A stretch of DNA of 32,000 bases. Source: Cupriavidus necator. Lineage in GTDB: Bacteria > Pseudomonadota > Gammaproteobacteria > Burkholderiales > Burkholderiaceae. Shown in pieces: positions 16,368 to 25,132 of the stretch. The stretch lies in assembly GCF_016127575.1 (NCBI RefSeq), contig NZ_CP066018.1, positions 3,480,001 to 3,512,000 of the forward strand. Direction: 5' to 3'. Under the pieces are notes generated by a model that was given only the letters and a program-made list of their open reading frames with translations, was not told the DNA's origin and ran no database searches. The translations under genes and the position numbers were made by a program. Within the stretch, counting starts at the first letter, position 1; every line of letters begins with the position of its first letter.

Positions 16368-18344
16368 ATGGCTCCTCCCGTTTCCACGCAAGCCCGTCCG
16401 CGCATCTGGGCCATCGGCATCAGCCGCCTGGCGCGCGCCTTTGCCGACCTGATTCCGGCCTACGCCGACCGGGCCGAATTCCGCATCGTCGGCAAGGGTT
16501 TCGAGGCCGCCGCCAGCGCCGTGGCGCGCGAGGCGCGCGAGGGCCGGCTCGACGTGGTGGTGGCGGGCGGCTCCAACGGCGCCTACCTGCGCCAGCACGT
16601 GGACGTGCCGGTGGTGCTGGTCAAGGTCACGGGCTTTGACGTGATGAGCGCGCTGGCCACCGCGCGGCGCATCTCGCCGCGGGTGGCGCTGGTCACGCAC
16701 GCGTCGACGTATGCCGAGGTGGATGAATTTGTGCGCGCGTTCTCGCTGTCGGTCCCGGCCTATACCTACCTGACCGAGGACGATGCCGTGGCGCGCGTGA
16801 AGGCGCTCAAGCAGGAGGGCATCCAGGTCGTGGTCGGCCCCGGCCTGGTGACCGACCTGGCCGACCGCTATGGCCTGACCGGCGTGTTCCTGTACTCCGG
16901 CAACTCGGTGCGCATGGCGCTCGAAGACGCGATCGAGGCTGCGCGCCTGCGCCGCATCGAGGCCACCCGGCGCGACTACGTCAACACCATCCTGGCGCAC
17001 CTGAACGAGGGCGTGGCGGCAGTGGATGCCGAAGGGCGCATCCAGTCGTTCAACCCGGCGATGGAGCGTTTTCTCGGCACTTCCGTTGCTGCCGCGGTCG
17101 GGCGCAAGCTGCAGACGCTGGCGCCAAACCTGGCGCTCGAAGGCGTGATGCAGAGCGGCGACAAGGAGCTGGAAGCGATCCACAAGCTCGGCGACAAGAT
17201 GGTGGTGGTCAACCGCATCCCCATCATCGGCGAGGCCGGGACCACCGGCGCGGTGCTGACCATCCAGGACGCCAGCGCGATCCAGCGCGTGGACCGCAAC
17301 CTGCGCTCGCGCGCGCGCACGCGGCCAGCCGGGGTGCGCTACAGCCTGGACGACCTGGCCGGCACCTCCGCGGCCATGACCGAGCTGCGCGAGCTGGCGC
17401 GGCGCTATGCGGCGGTGGATTCCACCGTGCTGATCGGCGGCGAGAGCGGCACCGGCAAGGAGGTGCTGGCGCAGGGCATGCACGACGCCAGCCCGCGCCG
17501 CGCCTTCCCGTTCGTGGCGGTCAATTGCGCGGCCTTCCCCGAGGCGCTGCTGGAGAGCGAGCTGTTCGGCTATGAAGAGGGCGCCTTCACCGGCGCGCGC
17601 CGCGGCGGCAAGGCCGGCCTGTTCGAGTCGGCCCACAACGGCACGCTGTTCCTCGACGAGGTGGGCGACATGCCGTCCGCGCTGCAGACGCGCCTGCTGC
17701 GCGTGCTGCAGGAAAAGCAGGTGCTGCCGATCGGCGGGCTCGACGCGGTGCCGGTCAACGTGCGCGTGATCGGCGCCACCCACCGCGACCTGGCCGCGAT
17801 GGTGCGCGATGGTTCCTTCCGGCAGGACCTGTACTACCGCCTCAATATCCTGCGCATCGAGATGCCGCCGCTGCGCGACCGCTCCGAAGACCTGCAGGAG
17901 CTGGCCGAGCTGCTGTACCGGCGCGCCCAGGAGCGCCTGGGCATGGACCGGCCGCAGCGCCTGCCCGCCGCGGCCCGCGCGCGGCTGGCGCGCTACCGCT
18001 GGCCGGGCAATATCCGCGAGCTGGAAAACGTGACCGAACGGATCGCCGTGCTGGTGGCCGGGCGCCGGCTGGACAGCGAGGCGCTGCAGCGCGAGCTGCA
18101 GGCGGCCGTGCCGGAGCTGTTCGGCGATGGCATGCTGGCGCCGGCCGAGGCCGAGGCCGAGGCCGACGCTGAGCCCGCCGCGCCGGCAACACGCCCGCGC
18201 CGTTCACTGGCCGGCGTGAAGCAGTCCAGCGAAGTCGAGCATATCCGGCGCGTGCTGGCCGAGTGCGGCGGCGACCGCGCCGCGGCCTGCCATATCCTTG
18301 GCATCAGCCCGACCACACTGTGGCGGCGGCTCAAGGCAGCGTGA
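16368..18344 (+). CDS. prpR: Sigma54-dependent propionate catabolism operon regulator
   Basis: Start assigned at ATG 16368. The N-terminal PrpR_N-like domain (RIWAIGISRL…VVVAGGSNGAYL) is followed by a PAS-like segment. The AAA+ sigma54-interaction domain has GESGTGKE, GAFTGA and RVIGATHRDL. The C-terminal Fis-type HTH reads ILGISPTTLWRRLK. Confidence 0.92.
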   Translation: MAPPVSTQARPRIWAIGISRLARAFADLIPAYADRAEFRIVGKGFEAAASAVAREAREGRLDVVVAGGSNGAYLRQHVDVPVVLVKVTGFDVMSALATARRISPRVALVTHASTYAEVDEFVRAFSLSVPAYTYLTEDDAVARVKALKQEGIQVVVGPGLVTDLADRYGLTGVFLYSGNSVRMALEDAIEAARLRRIEATRRDYVNTILAHLNEGVAAVDAEGRIQSFNPAMERFLGTSVAAAVGRKLQTLAPNLALEGVMQSGDKELEAIHKLGDKMVVVNRIPIIGEAGTTGAVLTIQDASAIQRVDRNLRSRARTRPAGVRYSLDDLAGTSAAMTELRELARRYAAVDSTVLIGGESGTGKEVLAQGMHDASPRRAFPFVAVNCAAFPEALLESELFGYEEGAFTGARRGGKAGLFESAHNGTLFLDEVGDMPSALQTRLLRVLQEKQVLPIGGLDAVPVNVRVIGATHRDLAAMVRDGSFRQDLYYRLNILRIEMPPLRDRSEDLQELAELLYRRAQERLGMDRPQRLPAAARARLARYRWPGNIRELENVTERIAVLVAGRRLDSEALQRELQAAVPELFGDGMLAPAEAEAEADAEPAAPATRPRRSLAGVKQSSEVEHIRRVLAECGGDRAAACHILGISPTTLWRRLKAA

Positions 18345-18357
18345 ACCGCGCTGGCAT

Positions 18358-19359
18358 TTACCCGGCTGGGCCGGCGCGCCGGAACGGAATCGGCTGCAAC
18401 CCCTTGCCCTCCAGCCAGGTTTCATTGAACAGCCGTGCCATGTACAGGTCGCCGCGGTCGCAGAGCAGCGTGACGATGGTATGGCCCGGCCCCATCTCGC
18501 GCGCCAGCGCCACCGCGGCGCCGACGTTGATTCCCGACGACCCGCCCAGGAACAAGCCCTCCTCGCGCAGCAGGCGGTAGACCATGTCCACGCAGGTCTG
18601 GTCGTCGATCCGCACCGCATCGTCGATGGGCGTGTCCTGCAGGTTGGCGGTGACGCGGCTGGTGCCGATGCCCTCGGTGATCGAACTGCCCTCGGCCTTG
18701 AGCTCGCGGTGTTTGACGAAGTTATAGAGAGCGCTGCCGTGCGGGTCGGCCAGCACGATGCGCACGCCGGGCTTGTGCTCTTTCAGGCAGCGCGCGATGC
18801 CGGCCAGCGAGCCGCCGGTGCCGGTCGAGCAGGTGAAGGCATCGATATGCCCGCCGGTGGCGTGCCAGATCTCGGGGCCGGTGGTCTCGTAGTGGGCCTG
18901 GCGGTTGGCTAGGTTGTCGAACTGGTTGGCCCAGATCGCGTTGTCGGTCTCGTCGGCCAGCCGGCCGGCAATCTTCTGGTAGTTGTCCGGATCGGCGTAA
19001 GGCTTGGCGGGCACCGCGCGGACCTCGGCGCCGAGCATGCGCAGCCGCTCCATTTTCTCGGGCGACTGCGTATCGGGTATCACGACGATGCAGCGGTAGC
19101 CGCGCGCCGCGCACAGGTGGGCCAGGCCGATGCCGGTATTGCCCGCGGTGCCTTCGATGACCGTGCCGCCGGGCGTCAGCAGCCCGCGCCGTTCGGCATC
19201 GCGGATGATGTAGAGTGCCGCGCGGTCCTTGACCGAGCCGCCAGGATTGAGGAATTCCGCCTTGCCGTAGATATCGCAGCCGGTCTCGGCGCTCAGGCCG
19301 GCCAGCCGGATCAGCGGGGTGTGGCCGATGGTGCCGGCAAATCCATCCCTGACTTCCAT
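18358..19359 (-). CDS. PLP-dependent cysteine synthase / cystathionine-beta-synthase-like family protein
   Basis: The AGGAG SD (plus-strand CTCCT at 19366-19370) precedes ATG 19359. Motifs: the PLP-lysine motif NPGGSVKDRAA, TAGNTGIGLA, and the GTGGS loop. Confidence 0.85.
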   Translation of the reverse strand: MEVRDGFAGTIGHTPLIRLAGLSAETGCDIYGKAEFLNPGGSVKDRAALYIIRDAERRGLLTPGGTVIEGTAGNTGIGLAHLCAARGYRCIVVIPDTQSPEKMERLRMLGAEVRAVPAKPYADPDNYQKIAGRLADETDNAIWANQFDNLANRQAHYETTGPEIWHATGGHIDAFTCSTGTGGSLAGIARCLKEHKPGVRIVLADPHGSALYNFVKHRELKAEGSSITEGIGTSRVTANLQDTPIDDAVRIDDQTCVDMVYRLLREEGLFLGGSSGINVGAAVALAREMGPGHTIVTLLCDRGDLYMARLFNETWLEGKGLQPIPFRRAGPAG

Positions 19360-19474
19360 GGTGCACTCCTGCCGTGCCCGCTGCGGGCGTCACATTGAGT
19401 GATAGATCGGTGCGGCGGGAATGACAAGCAGGGGGATGGCCGAAAGTGATCGGGATTGCCCGTGGCCGGGCGGA

Positions 19475-19768
19475 TCAGGCGGCGTTGAGCCAGCGGAAAC
19501 TGAAATCGCCTTCGACGAAATCCGCGCGCGATGCGTGGAAATCGCGCATATAGGGCCGGTTCAGGTGCGATTCGAGCGCGCGCTTGGAGTCCCAGACCAT
19601 GTAGATCACGAATACCCGCGCATCTTCGGCGTCTTGCCCGACGTGGTAGTCCAGGCAGCCGGGCTCGGTCAGCCCGCGCGAGCGCAGCGTGGTGAGCTGG
19701 GATACCAGCGCCTCGCGGCGGTGGGTCTTGGCACGGGCGATGCCGACTAGCGTGTACGTTCCGGACAT
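19475..19768 (-). CDS. Antibiotic-biosynthesis-monooxygenase (ABM) domain protein, YgiN-like
   Basis: Start assigned at ATG 19768 (MSGTYTLVGIARAK…). The ~97-aa ferredoxin-like ABM pattern reads …EPGCLDYHVGQDAEDARVFVIYMVWDSKRALESHLNRPYM. The upstream part of the 146-aa track ORF is low-complexity. Confidence 0.7.
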   Translation of the reverse strand: MSGTYTLVGIARAKTHRREALVSQLTTLRSRGLTEPGCLDYHVGQDAEDARVFVIYMVWDSKRALESHLNRPYMRDFHASRADFVEGDFSFRWLNAA

Positions 19769-19991
19769 GGGTGAACGGGGGCGACTGGCTGGCGTCTGTG
19801 AGCACTGGGCAGGCCATTGTAGCGCCGGCGGTACCGCCCCCGGCAATGCCCGAGGACGCCGTCCGGGCATTCGGGCAGCGCTTGACAAGGGCGGGCAGCA
19901 CGGTTCTCCCCGCAACGGGGACTAAAGTTCTGCCGACGGCTGCCGATATTCGGATCGAAAACAAGAAAACCATCATCCGAGGGGGTAGCGC

Positions 19992-21209
19992 ATGTTGAGA
20001 CGCATACGGTCGGAACAACTGCAGGTCGGGATGTTTGTCGCCAGGCTTGGCGGCCCGTGGATCAGCCATCCGTTCTGGCGCGCCAGGTTCCTGGTCGCCA
20101 ATGAGGAGCAGGTTCGGCAGATACAGTCGGCAGGGGTGCAGGAGGTCTGGATCGACATCCTGAAGGGCCGCAACGTAGCAGCGCCGGACACGCCGGAAAT
20201 GCCCGGACCGGTCCCGCAGTCCGCGCCCGACCCCATGGACCCGGCCACCGCACCGCCACCCGCCGCCACCCTTGATGCCGAGATTGTCCGCGCGCGCGAG
20301 CTGCTGCAATCCGGCAAGGCCGTGATCGGCTCGATGTTCGCCGACATCCGCATGGGCCGGGCGCTGGAGGTCAACGGCGCGCTGCTGCTGGTCGATTCCG
20401 CCTCACGCTCGCTGTCGCGCCATGGGCAGGCGTTGCTGGCGCTGGCGCGGCTCAAGGCGCGTGGCGACGAAAACTACCTGCACGCCTTCGCCGTCTGCGC
20501 GCTGATGATCGCCGTCGGCCGCACGCTGGGCCTGCCCGACGACGAGGTGCGCGAGCTCGGCCTGGCCGGCCTGGTCCACGACATCGGCAAGCTGACGCTG
20601 CCCGATACTCCGGTGCACAAGGCCAGCGAACGCACGCCCGAGGAAGAGGAGATCTACCGCCGGCACCCTTCGGCTGGCTACCGCATCCTGAACGAGGCCC
20701 GGCTCTATTCGAACATCCCGCTCGATGTCTGCGTCCACCATCACGAACGCGTGGACGGGCGCGGCTTCCCCTACGGCCTGGCGGGGAGCGAACTGAGCGT
20801 GCACGCCAAGATCGGCGCAATCTGCGATGCCTATGACTCGCTCACTTCCAGCCGCCCGGGCCACCAGCCGTGGTCGCCGGCCCGCGCCATGGAATACATG
20901 GCCGTGCGTGTCGACACGCTGTTCGACCGGCGCGTGTTCAAGGCCTTCACCCGCACCGTCGGCATCTACCCGCTCGGCACCGTGCTGCGGCTGCGTTCGA
21001 ACCGGCTGGCGGTGGTCTGCGCGCAGAACGAGGCCGATCCGCTGCGGCCGAAGGTGATGGCGTTCTATTCCGTGTCGCAGTCAAGGCCGACTCCCACCGA
21101 ACTGATCGACCTGCGCCACAGCGACGAAACGGTGGTGGCGTTCGAGAATGCCGCTGACTGGGGGTATGCGGATGAGCAGCTGATGGAGATGTATGCGGCG
21201 GCGGCATGA
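19992..21209 (+). CDS. HD-GYP domain cyclic-di-GMP phosphodiesterase with DUF3391-type N-terminal domain
   Basis: The GAGGGGG SD precedes ATG 19992. The N-terminus RIRSEQLQVGMFVARLGGPWISHPFW resembles DUF3391. HD-GYP motifs: LVHDIGK and HHERVDGRGFPYGL (GFP instead of GYP). Confidence 0.88.
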   Translation: MLRRIRSEQLQVGMFVARLGGPWISHPFWRARFLVANEEQVRQIQSAGVQEVWIDILKGRNVAAPDTPEMPGPVPQSAPDPMDPATAPPPAATLDAEIVRARELLQSGKAVIGSMFADIRMGRALEVNGALLLVDSASRSLSRHGQALLALARLKARGDENYLHAFAVCALMIAVGRTLGLPDDEVRELGLAGLVHDIGKLTLPDTPVHKASERTPEEEEIYRRHPSAGYRILNEARLYSNIPLDVCVHHHERVDGRGFPYGLAGSELSVHAKIGAICDAYDSLTSSRPGHQPWSPARAMEYMAVRVDTLFDRRVFKAFTRTVGIYPLGTVLRLRSNRLAVVCAQNEADPLRPKVMAFYSVSQSRPTPTELIDLRHSDETVVAFENAADWGYADEQLMEMYAAAA

Positions 21210-21225
21210 ACCGGGGGGCAAGTCT

Positions 21226-22134
21226 TCAGCCCGCCACCCATTCCCCTTGCCTGAGCCGCTCATACAGGAAATCGCCCAGCACCCGCACGCGCGCGCTGTG
21301 CCTGAGATCCGGATGCGTCAGCACCCATAAATCGGTATCCATGGCTACATCGACTGGCGCCAGCCGCACCAGCTCTGGGTCGGCCCCGGCCAGCAGGCAC
21401 AGCAGCATGCCGGCGCCCATGCCGTGCCGCACGGCATCCGCCATCGCCACCAGGCTGTCGGCGCTGACGGCGCGGCGGGGTTCGGGCACGTGGTCGCGTA
21501 TCCAGCGCGCCTGGGCAAGGTGTGACAGCGCTTCGTCCGGCACGACCCAGTCATAGGCCGACCAGTCCGCCAGCCGCGGATGGTCGGCTTCCGTTGGCAG
21601 GCCGAGCTGCTGCAGGTAGCGCCGCGCCGCGTATGGTGCCGTCTGCAGCCGCCCGATACGGCGGCCCACCAGGTACTCCGGCGGCGCATTCGCCGGCCGG
21701 ATCGCCACATCGGCCTCGCGCCGGCTCAGGCTCAGGAAGCTGTTGTTGACGACGATCTGCAGCTGGATGCGCGGGTGCATCGACCTGAATTCCGCAAACA
21801 GGGGCATCAGCAGTCCACCCAGCAGCGTGTCGGTCGTGGTCACGCGCAACGGGCCGCTCAGCTGGCTGTCGAGGCCGGACAGCTGGCGCTGGGCCGCATC
21901 GATCTGCTCGCCGACGCCGGCCAGGCGGTGCGCCAGGGCCTCGCCGGCGGCGGTCATGGCGTAGCCGGTGGCATGGCGTTCGAAGAGCAGGGTGCCCAGG
22001 GTCTCTTCCAGCCGCGCCAGCCGGCGCAGCACCGTGGAATGGTTGACATGCAGGGCGCGCGCGGCGCCGGCGAGCGAGCCGGACTGGCCCACGGCAAGGA
22101 AATACTTCAGGTCGTCCCAGTCTGCTTCCTGCAT
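21226..22134 (-). CDS. LysR-family transcriptional regulator
   Basis: Start assigned at ATG 22134. The N-terminal wHTH reads MQEADWDDLKYFLAVGQSGSLAGAARALHVNHSTVLRRLARLE. The first 91 residues of the 393-aa track ORF are a non-coding extension. The gene is divergent from sugE. Confidence 0.88.
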   Translation of the reverse strand: MQEADWDDLKYFLAVGQSGSLAGAARALHVNHSTVLRRLARLEETLGTLLFERHATGYAMTAAGEALAHRLAGVGEQIDAAQRQLSGLDSQLSGPLRVTTTDTLLGGLLMPLFAEFRSMHPRIQLQIVVNNSFLSLSRREADVAIRPANAPPEYLVGRRIGRLQTAPYAARRYLQQLGLPTEADHPRLADWSAYDWVVPDEALSHLAQARWIRDHVPEPRRAVSADSLVAMADAVRHGMGAGMLLCLLAGADPELVRLAPVDVAMDTDLWVLTHPDLRHSARVRVLGDFLYERLRQGEWVAG

Positions 22135-22245
22135 GTTTGCATAGCCCCTTTGCGGAATTCGCCAGTTCTCGTGCTGATCTGCACAGCCTACAGTGGCGTG
22201 GCGTGCCCGGCAATGGGTGTCGGGCCGCAGACCTGGACGAAAGAC

Positions 22246-22569
22246 ATGGCAATGGCGTGGATGCTGCTGGTGCTGGCGGGCCTGATCGAGATCGTGATGG
22301 CGCTGGCGCTCAAACATACCGACGGCTGGACGCGGCCCGGGCCGACGGCACTGGGCATCGGGGCGGCGCTGGCCAGCATCTTCCTGCTCAGCGCGGCGCT
22401 GCGGCACCTGCCGGTCGGGACTGCGTACGCAATCTGGACCGGGATCGGGGCGATCGGGGTGACGGTGGTTGGCATCCTGTTCCTGGGCGAAAGCGCGGCG
22501 CCGATGCGGCTGGTGTTGATCGGGCTGATCTTCGTCGGGATTGGCGGCTTGAAGCTGCTGCCGGCCTGA
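22246..22569 (+). CDS. sugE: SMR-family exporter SugE/Gdx (guanidinium / quaternary cation efflux)
   Basis: MAMAWMLLVLAGLIEIVMALALKHTDGW…AYAIWTGIGAIGVTVVGILFLGE is about 105 aa with four TM segments and the conserved membrane Glu (LIEIV). The start could be ATG 22246 or 22252. Confidence 0.88.
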   Translation: MAMAWMLLVLAGLIEIVMALALKHTDGWTRPGPTALGIGAALASIFLLSAALRHLPVGTAYAIWTGIGAIGVTVVGILFLGESAAPMRLVLIGLIFVGIGGLKLLPA

Positions 22570-22593
22570 GCCCCGGCCCTGGCCGTGCCGCGC

Positions 22594-22719
22594 TCAGGCG
22601 TGTTGTGCCCCAAGGCTGGCGCCCGGCCTGAGCACCTCGCGGGCGATGATCAGCTGCTGCACTTCGGTGGCGCCTTCGCAGATGCGCAAGGCGCGGATCT
22701 CACGATAGAGGCTTTCCAG
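22594..22719 (-). pseudogene. C-terminal stub (41 codons) of an acyl-CoA dehydrogenase
   Basis: The minus-strand translation is [41 protein letters not shown], which matches the conserved ACAD C-terminus (…RD.R…I.EGT.E.Q…IAR…). There is no upstream ACAD sequence, and the homology stops where GC content drops. Confidence 0.6.
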
Positions 22720-22873
22720 CCTGGAAGCCCCAGCTGATGGGGCGCGTCAACGAAGAGCAGCGGGCCCGCCTAACGACATGATCCAGTTGCGCGACCGCTA
22801 AGAAAAGCTGTTCGTGCGGCAGATCACCCAGCCTGGAGCCAATCGTCTGCCTTGCACTTAAGCCGCCCCATTC

Positions 22874-23473
22874 TTAGGTGCAGGCCAGGGTGTCCTCAAG
22901 GAAATCGAGGCGATCCTGGCCCCAGAACACTTCTCCACGGTAGACGTATGCAGGCGAGCCGAAGACACCGGCTGAGATAGCGTTGTCGGTGTATTGTCTG
23001 TACTCCGCTTTGATTACTGGAGATGCGGCTTGGCAGAGAAGCGCCTCGCCATCCAAGTCCAGCGAGCGGGCGATGGTTTGCAGCGTCTCTGGTGAGGAGA
23101 TGTCCTGGTCCTCCAACCATTCGGCATGAAGAATCGCTTGGGCCAAGGTGCCTTCGCAAAGTCCCGCGTGCTTCGCAGAAATGACCATGCACGAAGCGAG
23201 ATCACCGTTTGGGCACATGTATCTAGGCTGCGGATTGACCGGAATCCCTAGCCGCTTGCACCAACGGGCGAGTTCGGTGATCCGGTAAGCCTGCCTTTCC
23301 TGAGAGCGCTGCCCAAGCAAAATGCCCCCCGTCTGCGAGTAAACGTACGGCAGGTCCACAGGCATATAGTTGATCGCGGCGCCTTGGCGTTTGGCAAGTT
23401 CCACAAGACGGCCGTGTCCGAGATAGGCCCAGTCCGAATTGATCCAAAAGTAATAGTCAATTGCCTTGGTCAT
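22874..23473 (-). CDS. DsbA-fold 2-hydroxychromene-2-carboxylate (HCCA) isomerase family protein
   Basis: The N-terminal IDYYFWINSDWAYLG has Ser in place of the DsbA CxxC. The C-terminal GVFGSPAYVYRGEVFWGQDRLDFLE is typical of the family. Its ATG overlaps the stop of the upstream MFS gene (ATGA; plus-strand TCAT at 23470-23473). Confidence 0.8.
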   Translation of the reverse strand: MTKAIDYYFWINSDWAYLGHGRLVELAKRQGAAINYMPVDLPYVYSQTGGILLGQRSQERQAYRITELARWCKRLGIPVNPQPRYMCPNGDLASCMVISAKHAGLCEGTLAQAILHAEWLEDQDISSPETLQTIARSLDLDGEALLCQAASPVIKAEYRQYTDNAISAGVFGSPAYVYRGEVFWGQDRLDFLEDTLACT

Positions 23474-24777
23474 TGCTCAGTTGCCTTCATGCGAGATACA
23501 CAGAAGATCGACAAGCACCCCAGGGCAGTGAGGTAGCCGGCGAGATACAGCGGACTACCTTGGCCGAGCTTAAGCAGCCAGGTCGCCACCAGCGGGGCCA
23601 GTCCGCCACCGATAGCACCCGAGACTTGCACGGCAAGGGAAATACCACTGTAGCGAACTTCCGGGGGAAATTGCACAGAAAATAGGCTACCTTCGGGGCC
23701 GTACAGCATGGCGTAGATAAGGCCGATGGCGATCACCATGGCGAGATATACCGCGCCGACGCTTCCCGAGCCAAGAAGCTTAAAAAACGCGAACCCGAAG
23801 AGGCAAATTCCGACCGATCCGACCACAAAGATCTTCCTATGCCCGATCTTATCCCCGAGCAAGCCAGTGAGAGGCATTGTGAACAGTGCGACGGCAGCAC
23901 CCGCGATCACGGCATTCAGCATCATCGTCTTGGGTAAGCCAAGTGTTACCGTACCGTAGGTCAGGGCAAAGGTAGCGACCGTGTAGAACCACGTGACTTC
24001 CGCCATCCGCGCGCCTGATACCTTGAGCAACGACAACCAGTGGTGTTTGACGACATGGACCACCGGCACCTCGACCTCATGGCCTCTTTGCTTGACCTTT
24101 TCAAAGTCAGGGGACTCGGCGACGCGGATGCGGATGAACCATCCGACAGCCAGAAGCAACACACTGGCCAGGAACGGAAGGCGCCAGCCCCAACTCAACA
24201 TATCCGCCTCAGGCAGTCTCGCAACGCTTGCCATTGCCAACGATGAGAGGATAAGGCCAGGAGCGACGCCGGTTTGAGGAAGGCTACCGAAGAAGCCTTT
24301 CTTACCTTCGGGGGCATGTTCCACGGCCATGAGAACGGCGCCGCCCCATTCGCCACCGACGGCGAGCCCCTGGAGAAGGCGCATCAATACGAGGATCACG
24401 GCGGCCCAGTAACCAATTTGCTCATAGGTCGGAATGAGGCCGATGATGATGGTCGGGATACCCATCATCATCAACGTGATCAGCAGCATGGATTTTCGCC
24501 CAACCTTGTCACCAAAGTGGCCGAAGACAATGCCTCCAAGGGGCCGGGCGAAGAAGCCGACGGAGTAGGTCGCGAACGCGGCGAGGGTCCCACTGATCGG
24601 ATCGAAGCTGGGAAAGAAGATCTTGTTGAAAATTAACGCGGCGGCAGTTCCGTAAATGAAGAAGTCGTACCACTCGATAGTCGTGCCGAGCATGCTGGCA
24701 ATGCCTGCGACGGTGTGCTGCTTGGCCGTCCCGGCATTTGCGCTGGCGATGCCTGCTTGTGAATTGGCGGGATACAT
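23470..24777 (-). CDS. MFS transporter, metabolite:H+ symporter (MHS) family
   Basis: AGAGG lies 6 nt upstream of ATG 24777. The MHS signature reads GTTIEWYDFFIYGTAAALIFNKIFFP…GHFGDKVGRK. The 435-aa protein has a 12-TM-like hydrophobicity pattern. Confidence 0.88.
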   Translation of the reverse strand: MYPANSQAGIASANAGTAKQHTVAGIASMLGTTIEWYDFFIYGTAAALIFNKIFFPSFDPISGTLAAFATYSVGFFARPLGGIVFGHFGDKVGRKSMLLITLMMMGIPTIIIGLIPTYEQIGYWAAVILVLMRLLQGLAVGGEWGGAVLMAVEHAPEGKKGFFGSLPQTGVAPGLILSSLAMASVARLPEADMLSWGWRLPFLASVLLLAVGWFIRIRVAESPDFEKVKQRGHEVEVPVVHVVKHHWLSLLKVSGARMAEVTWFYTVATFALTYGTVTLGLPKTMMLNAVIAGAAVALFTMPLTGLLGDKIGHRKIFVVGSVGICLFGFAFFKLLGSGSVGAVYLAMVIAIGLIYAMLYGPEGSLFSVQFPPEVRYSGISLAVQVSGAIGGGLAPLVATWLLKLGQGSPLYLAGYLTALGCLSIFCVSRMKATEQ

Positions 24778-25132
24778 AGAATGCCTCTGTGACTTGCTTG
24801 ATGGGGGCGATGTGCTCGAGCGTGGTCACTCAAATGCACGCTTCTTTGCTGGGGGGATATGTACTGCGCCGGTGGTGGTCGATGTTTGCCTTACGGGGTT
24901 ATTCATTGCGTCTCCGGTGGTGACTAGCGGCATCTGTGCGTGCCAATCTCGGTATGACCCTGTCCCCCTTCCGAAGGACCAGCCGCTCGCTACCGAAAAA
25001 AATCGGGTTGGCTGGTAGTGCCAGTCGGGCCAAGATGGCCATGGGAACACTTGCCACCTTTGCTAACGGGGCAAAATCATGCTGGAGGTCGTCGGCTCGT
25101 CTTTTGGGACCGAAGGCTGAAGGTGGTGCGAC

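Noticed and set aside
24930-24946. Sigma54-like TTGGCACGCACAGATGC on the minus strand upstream of the MHS transporter
   Set aside because: The -24 TGGCAC is present, but the -12 GC is displaced by one nucleotide and reads ATGC rather than TTGC. No enhancer-binding protein is encoded in the cassette; its regulator is LysR-type.
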